Source of the DNA: Paenirhodobacter sp.
GTDB taxonomy: Bacteria > Pseudomonadota > Alphaproteobacteria > Rhodobacterales > Rhodobacteraceae
Length of the DNA: 64,000 nt
Assembly: GCF_041916475.1 (NCBI RefSeq)
Contig: NZ_JAYRZN010000011.1
Coordinates: 26,053-90,052, forward strand
Reading direction: 5' to 3'
Part shown: positions 30,208-40,514 of the stretch, piece by piece
Numbering within the stretch: position 1 is the first letter of the stretch
Layout: each line of letters starts with the position of its first letter
The notes under the pieces: model-generated
The model's input: only the letters and a program-made list of their open reading frames with translations
Database searches by the model: none
What the model was told of the DNA's origin: nothing
Made by a program: the position numbers and the translations under genes

Positions 30208-32178
30208 ATGGCTGACGCATCGGCGGCAGAGCAATCTGCGCATTCGATTCCCGCGCTGCTGGCGCGGAACGTCGCGCGGCTCGGGAATGCGCCCGCGTAC
30301 CGGGAAAAGGAATTCGGGATCTGGCAGAGCTGGACCTGGGCCCAGGCCAATGCCGAGATCCGGGCGCTGGCGCTCGGCTTTCTGAGCCTGGGCGTGGAGC
30401 GGGGCGACCATATCGCCATCATCGGGCGCAACCGCCCGGCACATTACTGGTCCATGGTGGCGGCGCAGATGTGCGGCGCAGTGCCGGTGCCGCTGTATCA
30501 GGACGCTGTGGCCGAGGAGATGGCCTATGTGCTGGACAATTGCGGCGCGAAATTCGTGGTCTGCGGCGATCAGGAGCAGGTCGACAAGATCGTCGAGGTC
30601 GAGGACCGGCTGCATGCGATCCAGCATGTGATCTATACCGACAAGCGCGGCATGCGGAAATACGACCACAGCCGCATGAACGCGATGGAAGACGTGATCG
30701 CCGAGGGCAAGGCCGGGCATTACCGCTATGAGGCGGACCTGGAGGCGCGGATCGGCGAGCTGACCTACGAGTCCACTTGTGTGATGCTTTATACCTCCGG
30801 CACCACCGGCAAGCCCAAGGGCGTGGTGCTTTCCAACCGCAACGTGATCGAGACGGCGAAGAACTCCTGCGCCTTCGACAAGCTCTCGCGGCGCGAGGAG
30901 ATCGTGGCCTATCTGCCGATGGCCTGGGTGGGGGATTTCATCTTCTCCGTCGGGCAGGCCTATTGGGAAGGCTTCACGGTGAACTGCCCGGAAAGCGCCG
31001 CGACGATGATGACCGACCTGCGCGAGATCGGGCCGACCTATTTCTTCGCCCCGCCGCGCGTGTTCGAGGGCCAGCTCACGCAGGTGATGATCCGCATGGA
31101 GGATGCGGGCCGGTTCAAGAAATGGCTGTTCGACCATTACATGGCGGTGGCGCGCCGGGTGGGCCCGGCGATCCTCGACGGGAATTCCGTGGGCCTGATG
31201 GACCGGCTCCGCTACATGCTGGGCGATCTGTTCATCTATGGCCCGCTGAAGAACACGCTGGGCTACAGCCGGATCCGCGTGGGCTATACCGCGGGCGAAG
31301 CGATCGGGCCGGAGATCTTCGATTTCTACCGCGCGCTCGGGATCAACCTGAAGCAGCTCTATGGCCAGACCGAGGCCACGGTGTTCATCACCCAGCAGCC
31401 CGATGGCCAGGTGCGCTCGGATACGGTGGGCGTGCCCTCGCCGGGCGTAGAGGTGAAGATCGGTGATAACGGCGAGGTCTATTACCGCAGCCCGGGCACT
31501 TTCGTGGAATATTACAAGAACCCCGAGAGCACCGCCTCCACCAAGGATGCGGAGGGCTGGGTCGCCACGGGCGATGCGGGCTTCTTCGAGGAAGGCACCG
31601 GGCATCTGCGCATCATCGACCGGGCGAAAGATGTCGGCAAGCTCTCCGACGGGCGGCTGTTCGCGCCGAAATACGTTGAGAACAAGCTGAAGTTCTACCC
31701 GACGATCCTGGAGGCGGTGGTCTTCGGCAATGGCCGCGACCGCTGCACCGCCTTCATCAACATCGACCTGACCGCGGTGGGCAACTGGGCCGAGCGCAAC
31801 AACATCGCCTATGCCTCCTACCAGGAGCTGGCCGGGCATCCGAAGGTCTATGAGATGATCCGCGGCCATATCGACGAGGTGAATGCCGCGATCGCGCAGG
31901 ATCCGATGCTGTCGGGCTGCCAGATCCACCGCTTCCTGATCCTGCACAAGGAGCTCGACGCCGATGACGGCGAGATGACCCGGACCCGCAAGGTGCGCCG
32001 CAATATCGTCGCCGAGAAATACGCGGATCTGATCGACGCGCTCTATGCGGGCAAGGACAGCATCTACACCGAAACCGAGGTCACCTACGAGGATGGCCGC
32101 AAGGGCGCGATCAAGGCGACGCTGACGCTCGCGGATGCGGATGTCGTGCCAACGAGCTACCGGGAGGCGGCGGAATGA
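30208..32178 (+). CDS. Long-chain acyl-CoA synthetase-like AMP-binding protein
   Basis: YTSGTTGKPKG, YGQTE, TGDAG, IIDRAKD; GGAGG RBS. Confidence 0.92.
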   Translation: MADASAAEQSAHSIPALLARNVARLGNAPAYREKEFGIWQSWTWAQANAEIRALALGFLSLGVERGDHIAIIGRNRPAHYWSMVAAQMCGAVPVPLYQDAVAEEMAYVLDNCGAKFVVCGDQEQVDKIVEVEDRLHAIQHVIYTDKRGMRKYDHSRMNAMEDVIAEGKAGHYRYEADLEARIGELTYESTCVMLYTSGTTGKPKGVVLSNRNVIETAKNSCAFDKLSRREEIVAYLPMAWVGDFIFSVGQAYWEGFTVNCPESAATMMTDLREIGPTYFFAPPRVFEGQLTQVMIRMEDAGRFKKWLFDHYMAVARRVGPAILDGNSVGLMDRLRYMLGDLFIYGPLKNTLGYSRIRVGYTAGEAIGPEIFDFYRALGINLKQLYGQTEATVFITQQPDGQVRSDTVGVPSPGVEVKIGDNGEVYYRSPGTFVEYYKNPESTASTKDAEGWVATGDAGFFEEGTGHLRIIDRAKDVGKLSDGRLFAPKYVENKLKFYPTILEAVVFGNGRDRCTAFINIDLTAVGNWAERNNIAYASYQELAGHPKVYEMIRGHIDEVNAAIAQDPMLSGCQIHRFLILHKELDADDGEMTRTRKVRRNIVAEKYADLIDALYAGKDSIYTETEVTYEDGRKGAIKATLTLADADVVPTSYREAAE

Positions 32179-32993
32179 AGGACATTCAGGACGGCCTGGT
32201 CACCGCCGACGGGCGCCGGATCGGCTCCGTGGTGATGGAGCTGAAGAACATCACCCTGAAATTCGGTGGCGTGACCGCGATCAAGGACATTTCGTTCAAC
32301 ATCCGCGAAGGCGAGATCCGCGCGATCATCGGCCCGAACGGGGCGGGCAAGTCCTCGATGCTGAACGTGATCTCGGGCTTCTATGTGCCGACGGAGGGCG
32401 AAGTCTGGTATCGCGGCGAGCGCCGCCCGGCGATGCGGCCCTATCAGGTGGCGAGCCTCGGCATCGCCCGCACCTTCCAGAACATCGCGCTGTTCGACGG
32501 GATGTCAGTCCTGGACAACATCATGACCGGGCGGCTGACGCTGATGAAATCGGGGCTGTTCTCGCAGGCGCTGTGGTGGGGCCGGGCGCAGAAGGAAGAG
32601 GAAGAGCACCGCGAAAAGGTCGAGAAGATCATTGATTTTCTTGAAATCCAGAATATTCGGAAAACGCCGGTGGGGCGCCTGCCCTATGGCCTGAAAAAAC
32701 GGGTGGAGCTCGCGCGTGCGCTGGCCGCCGAGCCCAAGATCCTGCTGCTGGACGAGCCGATGGCCGGCATGAACGTCGAGGAGAAGGAGGACATGTGCCG
32801 CTTCATCCTCGATGTGAACGACGAATTCGGCACCACCACCGTGCTGATCGAGCACGACATGGGCGTGGTGATGGACCTGTCGGACCGGGTGGTGGTGATG
32901 GATTACGGCCGCAAGATCGGTGATGGCCCGCCCGACGAGGTCCGCAGCAACCAGGACGTCATCGACGCCTATCTGGGGGTGGCCCATGGCTGA
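32175..32993 (+). CDS. HAAT-family ABC transporter ATP-binding subunit (LivG-like)
   Basis: GPNGAGKS, RTFQN, LLLDEPMAG, IEHDM. Confidence 0.93.
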   Translation: MKDIQDGLVTADGRRIGSVVMELKNITLKFGGVTAIKDISFNIREGEIRAIIGPNGAGKSSMLNVISGFYVPTEGEVWYRGERRPAMRPYQVASLGIARTFQNIALFDGMSVLDNIMTGRLTLMKSGLFSQALWWGRAQKEEEEHREKVEKIIDFLEIQNIRKTPVGRLPYGLKKRVELARALAAEPKILLLDEPMAGMNVEEKEDMCRFILDVNDEFGTTTVLIEHDMGVVMDLSDRVVVMDYGRKIGDGPPDEVRSNQDVIDAYLGVAHG

Positions 32994-33049
32994 CCGCTCC
33001 GTTTCTCTCAAAAGCCCGCGCTTCGGGCATCTGATCCCGGGAGGCACCG

Positions 33050-34036
33050 ATGCCTGACCAACTGCTCTATGCGATGGAGGTCACCCTGAACGGCCTGATG
33101 GCCGGGGTGATGTATGCGCTCGTGGCCCTCGGCTTCGTGCTGATCTACAAGGCCTCGGGCATCTTCAACTATGCCCAGGGCGTGCTGGCGCTGTTTGCGG
33201 CGCTGACGCTGGTGGGCATCCAGCAGGGGCAGGTGCCCTTCGCCCATCTGATCAATGCCGTCACCGGCCTGCATGTGACCCATTTCGGCTGGACGGTGCC
33301 CTCGGTGATCGCCATCGTGCTCAGCGGCGCGGTGATGGTGGGCCTTGCGGTCATCATCGAGAAGCTGGTGCTGCACCATCTGGTGGGCCAGCCGCCGATC
33401 ATCCTGTTCATGGCGACGATCGGGCTGGCTTATTTCCTCGAAGGCTTCGGCGACGTGATGTGGGGCGCCGATATCAAGACGCTCGACGTGGGTCTGCCGC
33501 AGGGCCTGAACGAAACCATCGAATCACTCACCAACGACCTGTTCGGCTATGGCTTCTTCATCGACAACCTCGATGTGGTGGCGGCCCTTGTCGCGGTGGC
33601 GCTGGTCGCGGCGCTGACGCTGTTCAGCCAGTACTCCAAGCAGGGCCGCGCGCTGCGCGCCGTGGCCGACGACCACCAGGCGGCGCTCTCGGTGGGCATC
33701 TCGCTGCGCTTCATCTGGGTGCTGGTCTGGTCGATCGCGGGCTTCGTGGCGCTGGTCGCGGGCATCATGTGGGGCTCCAAATCCGGTGTGCAGTTCTCGC
33801 TCAGCCTGATCGCGCTGAAGGCGCTGCCGGTGCTGATGCTGGGCGGCTTCACCTCGATCCCGGGCGCCATCGTCGGCGGGCTGATCATCGGCATGGGTGA
33901 GAAACTGTTCGAGTTTTTCGTGGGCCCGCTGATCGGCGGCGCGACGGAAAACTGGTTCGCCTATGTGCTGGCCCTGCTGTTCCTCGTCTTCCGTCCGCAG
34001 GGCCTGTTCGGCGAGCGGATCATCGAAAGGGTCTGA
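33050..34036 (+). CDS. HAAT-family ABC permease (LivH-like)
   Basis: YALVALGFVLIYKASGIFNYAQG, GRALRAVADD, GGFTSIPGA. Confidence 0.92.
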   Translation: MPDQLLYAMEVTLNGLMAGVMYALVALGFVLIYKASGIFNYAQGVLALFAALTLVGIQQGQVPFAHLINAVTGLHVTHFGWTVPSVIAIVLSGAVMVGLAVIIEKLVLHHLVGQPPIILFMATIGLAYFLEGFGDVMWGADIKTLDVGLPQGLNETIESLTNDLFGYGFFIDNLDVVAALVAVALVAALTLFSQYSKQGRALRAVADDHQAALSVGISLRFIWVLVWSIAGFVALVAGIMWGSKSGVQFSLSLIALKALPVLMLGGFTSIPGAIVGGLIIGMGEKLFEFFVGPLIGGATENWFAYVLALLFLVFRPQGLFGERIIERV

Positions 34037-34037
34037 C

Positions 34038-35114
34038 ATGTTCTACCGTGAAGCAGGCGATTTCAAAACCACCTACCGGGCCGACAGCCAGACCTTCCCG
34101 ATCAAGTTCGACCGGCTGCGCTTCTATGCCGTGCTCGCCGTGGCCTATGGGGTGGTGCCGTTCCTGATCAACGATTACTGGGCCAATGCCGTATTCGTGC
34201 CCTTCCTGATCTATGCGATCGCGGCGATCGGGCTCAATGTCCTCGTGGGCTATGCGGGCCAGGTCAGCCTCGGCACCGGCGGCTTCATGGCGGTAGGGGC
34301 CTATGCGGTCTACAAGCTGATGACCAGCTTCCCCGAAGTGCCATTCATGATCCATGTCGTCATCGCGGGGGCCATCACGGCGGTCGTGGGCGTGCTGTTC
34401 GGCCTGCCTTCGCTGCGCATCAAGGGCTTTTATCTGGCCGTGGCCACGCTCGCGGCGCAGTTCTTCCTGGTGTGGCTCTTCAACAAGGTGCCTTGGTTCT
34501 ACAACTACTCCGCCTCCGGCCAGATCACCGCGCCCGACCGCACCATGTTCGGCGTCTTCGTCACCGGCGCGCAGACCACCGCCGCGGCCAAATACACCTT
34601 CTGCCTCGTGGTACTCACCGCGGTGGCGCTGATCGCGCGGAACCTGACGCGCGGCACGGTGGGCCGCAAGTGGATGGCCATCCGCGACATGGACATCGCG
34701 GCCGAAATCATCGGGGTGAACCCGCTGACCACCAAGATCACCGCCTTCGCCGTCTCGTCGTTCTTCATCGGCATCGCCGGGGCGCTGTTCTTCGCGGTCT
34801 ATCTCGGCGCGGCCGAGGTGGGCGAGGCCTTCGGGATCAACAAGAGCTTCCTGATCCTGTTCATGGTCATCATCGGCGGGCTGGGCAGCATCTTCGGCTC
34901 CTTTGCGGGCGCGGCCTTCCTGGTGCTGCTGCCGGTGCTGCTGAAGAACCTGCTCGTGGGCACGCTGGGCTGGCCCACGGACCTTGCGGCTCATATCGAG
35001 CTGATGATCGTGGGGGCGCTCATCGTCGTGTTCCTGATCGCCGAGCCGCACGGGCTGAACCAGCTGTGGCGGGTGGCGAAGGAGAAGCTGCGGCTCTGGC
35101 CGTTCCCGCACTGA
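34038..35114 (+). CDS. HAAT-family ABC permease (LivM-like)
   Basis: GYAGQVSLG, LRIKGFYLAVATL, MVIIGGLGS. Confidence 0.92.
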   Translation: MFYREAGDFKTTYRADSQTFPIKFDRLRFYAVLAVAYGVVPFLINDYWANAVFVPFLIYAIAAIGLNVLVGYAGQVSLGTGGFMAVGAYAVYKLMTSFPEVPFMIHVVIAGAITAVVGVLFGLPSLRIKGFYLAVATLAAQFFLVWLFNKVPWFYNYSASGQITAPDRTMFGVFVTGAQTTAAAKYTFCLVVLTAVALIARNLTRGTVGRKWMAIRDMDIAAEIIGVNPLTTKITAFAVSSFFIGIAGALFFAVYLGAAEVGEAFGINKSFLILFMVIIGGLGSIFGSFAGAAFLVLLPVLLKNLLVGTLGWPTDLAAHIELMIVGALIVVFLIAEPHGLNQLWRVAKEKLRLWPFPH

Positions 35115-35187
35115 CGCGACGCCCCCGTATCCGGGATGCGAGGAGGCACCCCACAACCTTAGGACAGTCTCTGGGAGGAGAACCCGA

Positions 35188-36468
35188 ATGAAGAAGACCT
35201 TCACTGCGCTCGCCGTCGCGGCGCTCACGGCGACCCCGGCGCTGGCCGACCTCGTCGTGCCGAACCTGAGCTACCGCACCGGGCCGTTCGCCGCCGGGGG
35301 CATCCCCTATGCCGATGGCTTCAACGACTATTTCACCTTGCTGAACGAGCGCGACGGCGGCATCGGCGGCGAGAAGGTGCAGGTGCCGGAATGTGAGACC
35401 GCCTATAATACCGAAAAGGGCGTGGAGTGCTACGAGAGCACCAAGGGCAAGGGCGCGCTCGTGTACAACCCGCTCTCTACCGGCATCACCTATCAGCTGA
35501 TCCCCAAGGTCACGGCCGACAAGATTCCGCTTTATACCCCGGGTTATGGCCGGACTTCGGCCGCGAATGGCAAGGTGTTCGAATGGGTGTTCAACTACCC
35601 GGCGAACTACTGGGACGGCGCCTCCGTCGCGGTGAAATACATGCTGGAGAAGGAGGGCGGCAGCCTCGAGGGCAAGAAGGTCGCGCTGCTGTATCACAAC
35701 TCCGCCTATGGCAAGGAGCCGCTGCGCACGCTCGAGGAGCTGTCGAAGAAGCACGGGTTCAAGCTCGTCACCCTGCCGATCGACAGCCCCGGCCAGGAGC
35801 AGAAATCGCAATGGCTGCAGGTGCGCCGCGACAAGCCGGATTACGTCGTGTTCTGGGGCTGGGGGGTGATGAACTCGGTCGCGGTGCAGGAGGCGGCAAA
35901 CATCAAGTTCCCGATGGACCATTTCATCGGCAACTGGTGGTCCGGCTCGGAGAATGACGTGAAATCCGCGGGCAAGGGCGCCAATGGCTACAAATCTCTG
36001 GCCTTCCACGGTGTCGGCACGGATTACCCGATCTATACCGACCTGAAGAAATACGTCTATGACGCGGGCAAGGCCTCGGGCGCGGGCGATCAGGTGGGCA
36101 CCGTGGTCTATTCGCGCGGCATGTATGCGGCGGTGGTCATTGCCGAGGCGATCCGCAAGGCGCAGGAGCTGGCCGGCCATGCGGCCATCACCGCGCCCGA
36201 GCTGCGCAATGGCTTCGAGGCGCTGGAGATCACCGATGCGCGGATGGAAGAGCTGGGCCTGAAGGGCTTCGGCCAGGCCTTCGCCGCCAGCTGCGCCGAT
36301 CACGGCGGGCCGGGCAGCGCGATGATCCAGCAATGGGACGCCACCGCCGGAAAATGGTCGCTGATCACCGATTTCATCGCGCCCGACAAGGACGTTCTGG
36401 ATCCGCTGATCGCCGAGGATTCCGCGGCTTATGCCAAGGAAGCAGGCATCACCGAGCGCTGCAACTGA
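35188..36468 (+). CDS. HAAT-family periplasmic substrate-binding protein
   Basis: Signal peptide (TPALA), RTGPFA, ECETAYNTEKGVECY. Confidence 0.9.
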   Translation: MKKTFTALAVAALTATPALADLVVPNLSYRTGPFAAGGIPYADGFNDYFTLLNERDGGIGGEKVQVPECETAYNTEKGVECYESTKGKGALVYNPLSTGITYQLIPKVTADKIPLYTPGYGRTSAANGKVFEWVFNYPANYWDGASVAVKYMLEKEGGSLEGKKVALLYHNSAYGKEPLRTLEELSKKHGFKLVTLPIDSPGQEQKSQWLQVRRDKPDYVVFWGWGVMNSVAVQEAANIKFPMDHFIGNWWSGSENDVKSAGKGANGYKSLAFHGVGTDYPIYTDLKKYVYDAGKASGAGDQVGTVVYSRGMYAAVVIAEAIRKAQELAGHAAITAPELRNGFEALEITDARMEELGLKGFGQAFAASCADHGGPGSAMIQQWDATAGKWSLITDFIAPDKDVLDPLIAEDSAAYAKEAGITERCN

Positions 36469-36517
36469 CGTGACCTCCCCGGCCTTCGGGCCGGGGTTCC
36501 ACCCCGGAGGACAACCG

Positions 36518-37339
36518 ATGCTCGACGCAGGCAAGCCCGAGACACTGCTCGAAGTGAACAATATCGAGGTGATCTACAACCACGTCATCCTCGTGCTGAA
36601 GGGTGTGAGCCTTTCGGTGCCGAAGGGCGGTATCACCGCGCTTCTGGGCGGGAATGGCGCGGGCAAGACCACCACGCTGAAGGCAATATCGAACCTGCTG
36701 CATTCCGAGCGCGGCGAGGTGACCAAGGGCGCCATCGTCTATCGTGGCGACAAGGTGCAGGACATGTCGCCCGCGGATCTGGTGCGCAAGGGCGTGATCC
36801 AGGTGATGGAGGGGCGCCACTGCTTCGAGCACCTGACCGTGGAAGAGAACCTGATGACCGGCGCCTATACCCGCACCGACGGGCGCGCCGCCGTCACCCG
36901 CGATCTGGAGATGGTCTACAATTATTTCCCGCGGCTGAAGACCCGGCGCAAATCGCAGGCGGGCTATACCTCGGGGGGCGAGCAGCAGATGGTCGCGATG
37001 GGCCGGGCGCTGATGAGCCGGCCGGAGATGATCTTGCTGGATGAGCCCTCGATGGGCCTCGCGCCGCAGCTGGTGGAGCAGATCTTCGAGATCGTGAAGG
37101 CGGTGAACGAGGGCGAGGGCGTGACCTTCCTGCTGGCAGAGCAGAATACCAACGTCGCACTGCGCTATGCCCATTACGGCTATATCCTGGAATCGGGCCG
37201 GGTGGTGATGGACGGCCCCGCCGCCGCGCTGCGCGAGAACCCGGATGTGAAGGAATTCTACCTGGGCATGTCGGATGAAGGCCGCAAATCCTTCCGCGAC
37301 GTGCGCAGCTACCGCCGCCGCAAGCGCTGGCTGGCCTGA
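36518..37339 (+). CDS. HAAT-family ABC transporter ATP-binding subunit (LivF-like)
   Basis: GGNGAGKTT, TSGGEQQM, LDEPSMGLAP. Confidence 0.93.
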   Translation: MLDAGKPETLLEVNNIEVIYNHVILVLKGVSLSVPKGGITALLGGNGAGKTTTLKAISNLLHSERGEVTKGAIVYRGDKVQDMSPADLVRKGVIQVMEGRHCFEHLTVEENLMTGAYTRTDGRAAVTRDLEMVYNYFPRLKTRRKSQAGYTSGGEQQMVAMGRALMSRPEMILLDEPSMGLAPQLVEQIFEIVKAVNEGEGVTFLLAEQNTNVALRYAHYGYILESGRVVMDGPAAALRENPDVKEFYLGMSDEGRKSFRDVRSYRRRKRWLA

Positions 37340-37350
37340 GGAGAGAGCGA

Positions 37351-38568
37351 ATGACCCATTACGACGCGCTGGAGACCCGGTCGGAGGACGAACGCGAGGC
37401 GGCGCTGGCGCGGGATCTGCCGCAGGCGATCGCGCAGGCGCTGCGGGCGCCGGGGCTGGCCGCGCATCTGGGCGGGGTCGAGGCGGCGGCGGTCACCGGG
37501 CGCGCGGCGCTGGCCCGGCTGCCCGTCCTGCGCAAATCGGACCTCGGCGCGGCGCAAAAGCGCGCGGCGCCCTTCGGCGGGCTGACGGTGAAGCCCGCCT
37601 CCGGCTTTGCCCATGTGTTTCAGTCCCCGGGCCCGATCTATGAGCCGGGCGATGTCGCGCGCGACTGGTGGCGGCTCGGCCGGTTCCTGTTTGCCTCGGG
37701 CGTGGGCGCGGGCGATATCGTGCACAACTGTTTCGGCTATCATCTGACCCCGGCGGGAATGATGTTCGAATCGGGGGCGCGGGCGGTGGGTGCGGCGGTC
37801 CTGCCCGCGGGCACTGGCCAGACCGAGCTGCAGGTGCGCGCGGCCGCCGATATCGGCACCACGGCCTATGCCGGCACGCCCGATTTCCTGAAGGTGATTC
37901 TCGACAAGGCCGATCAGATGGGGGTGGAGCTTGCCATTGCCAAGGCGGTGGTGAGCGGCGGCGCCCTGTTCCCGAGCCTGCGGCAGGAATACATGGACCG
38001 CGGCATCGCCTGCCGGCAGTGCTATGCCACTGCGGATGTCGGCCACATCGCCTATGAGAGCGCGGCGATGGAGGGCATGATCCTCGACGAGGGCGTGATC
38101 GTGGAGATCGTGCGCCCGGGCACCGGCGACCCGGTTCCCGATGGCGAGGTGGGCGAGGTGGTGATCACCACGCTGAACCCGGATTACCCGCTGGTGCGCT
38201 TCGCGACCGGGGACCTGAGCGCGATCATGCCCGGGGTTTCGCCCTGTGGGCGCACGAACCGGCGCATCCGCGGCTGGCTCGGCCGCGCCGACCAGACCAC
38301 CAAGATCAAGGGCATGTTCGTGCGGCCCGAGCAGGTGGCGGCCTTCGTCTCGGCGCATCCGGAGGTGACGCGTGCGCGCGTGGTCGCGACCCGCGACGGG
38401 GAGATGGATGTGATGACCATCCGCATCGAGACCGAGGGCCATGACCCGGGCCGCTATGCGGGCGGCGTCGTCGAGGCGCTGAAGCTGAAGGGCACGATCG
38501 AGCTGGTGGCGCCCGGCAGCCTGCCCAACGACGGCAAGGTGATCGAGGATCTGCGCAAATACGATTGA
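37351..38568 (+). CDS. Phenylacetate-CoA ligase (PaaK)-family protein
   Basis: SPGP.YEP, GTGQTE, YAGTPDFL, YATAD, RFATGD, GRADQ. Confidence 0.85.
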   Translation: MTHYDALETRSEDEREAALARDLPQAIAQALRAPGLAAHLGGVEAAAVTGRAALARLPVLRKSDLGAAQKRAAPFGGLTVKPASGFAHVFQSPGPIYEPGDVARDWWRLGRFLFASGVGAGDIVHNCFGYHLTPAGMMFESGARAVGAAVLPAGTGQTELQVRAAADIGTTAYAGTPDFLKVILDKADQMGVELAIAKAVVSGGALFPSLRQEYMDRGIACRQCYATADVGHIAYESAAMEGMILDEGVIVEIVRPGTGDPVPDGEVGEVVITTLNPDYPLVRFATGDLSAIMPGVSPCGRTNRRIRGWLGRADQTTKIKGMFVRPEQVAAFVSAHPEVTRARVVATRDGEMDVMTIRIETEGHDPGRYAGGVVEALKLKGTIELVAPGSLPNDGKVIEDLRKYD

Positions 38569-38643
38569 GCGACGGATCCGGCGCCCGGATCCGTGTCATG
38601 TCCGACCCCGCGCCACTATCGGCGCCCAACGGACGTGCAAGAT

Positions 38644-39147
38644 ATGAAAGCGTTTCTCCTCCGCTACGCCACCCCCCTGATTACCGGGCTGTTTCTGGTC
38701 TCGTTGATCTCGGGGGTGGCGTTGTTTTTCCACATCGGCAGCGTCGCGTTCCACGGCATGCATGAATGGCTCAGCATGGTGCTGATTCTGCCTTTCGGGC
38801 TGCATCTGTGGAAGAACTGGCGGCCGATGACGGCCTATTTCCGCCGCCCGCCCATGGCTGCGGCGCTGGCGGTCTCGGTGCTTGCGGCGGTGCTGTTCGT
38901 GCTGCCCACGCTTGGCGGCTCTGCGGGGGCGGGCGGTCGGCCGCCGCAATTCGCGGTGGCGCAGAAGCTGCTGAATGCCTCGGTGCACGATGTCGCACCG
39001 GCGATGGGGATGCAGACCGATGCGCTGATCGCGCAGCTGCGGGCGGCGGGCATGCCGGTCGCCACCGAAACCCAGACGCTGGCACAGGTGGCCGAGGCCG
39101 CGGGCCTCGCGCCCACGGCGGCGCTCACGGCTCTGGCGGGGCAATAG
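38644..39147 (+). CDS. DUF4405-like membrane protein
   Basis: Three TM segments with SG..LF, HEW..M and LHLWKNWR; similarity recalled, not searched. Confidence 0.65.
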   Translation: MKAFLLRYATPLITGLFLVSLISGVALFFHIGSVAFHGMHEWLSMVLILPFGLHLWKNWRPMTAYFRRPPMAAALAVSVLAAVLFVLPTLGGSAGAGGRPPQFAVAQKLLNASVHDVAPAMGMQTDALIAQLRAAGMPVATETQTLAQVAEAAGLAPTAALTALAGQ

Positions 39148-39175
39148 CCCCCGCCGCTTCTGGCGGGTAAAAGGA

Positions 39176-39207
39176 AAAGGCCGTGCGGGTTTCCCTGCAC
39201 GGCCTTT
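39176..39207. terminator. Bidirectional intrinsic terminator between convergent genes
   Basis: AAAGGCCGTGCGGG-TTTC-CCTGCACGGCCTTT. Confidence 0.8.
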
Positions 39208-39229
39208 GAAATTTGCTGCCCGAAGCGGA

Positions 39230-39355
39230 TCAGCCCTGACGGGCCTTGAAGCGCTTCTGCGTCTTGTTGATCACGTAGACGCGGCCCTTGCGGCGCACGA
39301 TCTGGCAATCGCGATGACGCTGCTTGAGCGAGCGGAGCGAGTTGCGGACCTTCAT
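39230..39355 (-). CDS. rpmJ: 50S ribosomal protein L36, type B (41 aa; absent from the ORF track)
   Basis: [41 protein letters not shown]; AGGAGG RBS. Confidence 0.97.
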   Translation of the reverse strand: MKVRNSLRSLKQRHRDCQIVRRKGRVYVINKTQKRFKARQG

Positions 39356-39423
39356 CGGTCTTCCTCCTGGTCGCGGCGCGCGTGCGCCTTGAAACAGATA
39401 TGCCCCCCGGAGGGAGCGGCGAA

Positions 39424-39498
<75 letters not shown>

Positions 39499-39561
39499 TT
39501 GACCTTTGCGATTCTCTGTCCGGACATGCATCCGGGACCGGGAACCGCTTGGGTTTGGGGG

Positions 39562-39590
39562 TCTATAAAAGGACTCGGTTTCCCTTGCAA
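39562..39590 (-). promoter_or_regulatory. Sigma70-type promoter for tRNA-Val (possibly also rpmJ)
   Basis: TTGCAA-N17-TATAGA on the minus strand. Confidence 0.65.
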
Positions 39591-39647
39591 GAGGCTTTTG
39601 GCGGGAAATCAAATCGGTGTAGGCTGTCTGCTGAAGATGGAGTGTGG

Positions 39648-40514
39648 ATGCCCATTGCCGAGGAAGACAAGCGGCCCTACAGGCTGATCCGTCCGGTAAG
39701 GATGACGACCGGCGTGGTGTTTTCCTCGCCGCATTCCGGGCGTGATTATCCGGCCCAGCTGATTGCGCGCTCGGTTCTGGACGCGCGCAGGCTGCGCTCC
39801 TCCGAAGATGCCTTCGTGGATGCTCTGCTGGCGCCGGCGCCCGAAGAGGGTGCGGCGCTGCTCGCGGCGCGGCTGCCGCGGGCCTGGGTCGATCTGAACC
39901 GGGCGGAGGACGAGCTCGATCCGGCGCTGATCGAGGGGCTGCCGCGCAGCCCGCGCGGCCCGCGGGTGATGGCGGGGCTCGGGGTGATTCCCCGCGTCGT
40001 CTCCGGCAACCGGCAGATCTATGCGGGCAAGATTTCGCGAACCGAAGCCGAGGCGCGGCTGGCCGAAGTGTGGCGGCCCTGGCACATGGCGCTCGCGGGG
40101 CTGCTGGGCGAGGCGCGGGCGGGGTTCGGCCGGGCGCTTCTGCTCGATGTGCATTCGATGCCCTCGGAGGCGACGGAGCAGATGGGCACGCGCCGGCCGG
40201 ATATCGTGCTGGGCGATCGCTTCGGCGCTTCGGCGCGCTCGGAGGTGACGGCGGCGGTGGATGCGGTGTTCACCGGGCTCGGGCTGCGGGTGGCGCGCAA
40301 CAATCCCTTCGCCGGGGCCTATATCACGCAGCGCTACGGCCGCCCGGCCGAGGGCATCGACGTGGTGCAGATCGAGATCAACCGCGCGCTGTATCTGGAC
40401 GAGGAGCGCGTCGAGCCGGGCGCGGATTATGCGGATTTCGTGGCGCTGATGGCGCGCGCGGTGGCGGGGCTGGCGGAAATTGGCCGCGACGGGCGGCGGA
40501 TGGCCGCGGAATGA
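39648..40514 (+). CDS. N-formylglutamate amidohydrolase family protein
   Basis: SSPHSG, ED.FVD, DLNR, DVHSMP, DIVLGDRFG, QIEINR. Confidence 0.9.
   Translation: MPIAEEDKRPYRLIRPVRMTTGVVFSSPHSGRDYPAQLIARSVLDARRLRSSEDAFVDALLAPAPEEGAALLAARLPRAWVDLNRAEDELDPALIEGLPRSPRGPRVMAGLGVIPRVVSGNRQIYAGKISRTEAEARLAEVWRPWHMALAGLLGEARAGFGRALLLDVHSMPSEATEQMGTRRPDIVLGDRFGASARSEVTAAVDAVFTGLGLRVARNNPFAGAYITQRYGRPAEGIDVVQIEINRALYLDEERVEPGADYADFVALMARAVAGLAEIGRDGRRMAAE

Noticed and set aside
28105-32178. 1280-aa and 1339-aa ORFs suggesting giant fusion proteins
   Set aside because: Each is a real gene (kinase from 30006, ligase from 30208, both with an RBS) extended by the antisense shadow of the divergent gene.
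39230-39355. Zinc-free L36 as a sign of zinc-starvation paralogue switching
   Set aside because: Type B L36 is the ordinary form in alphaproteobacteria; no Zur box or L31 partner seen.
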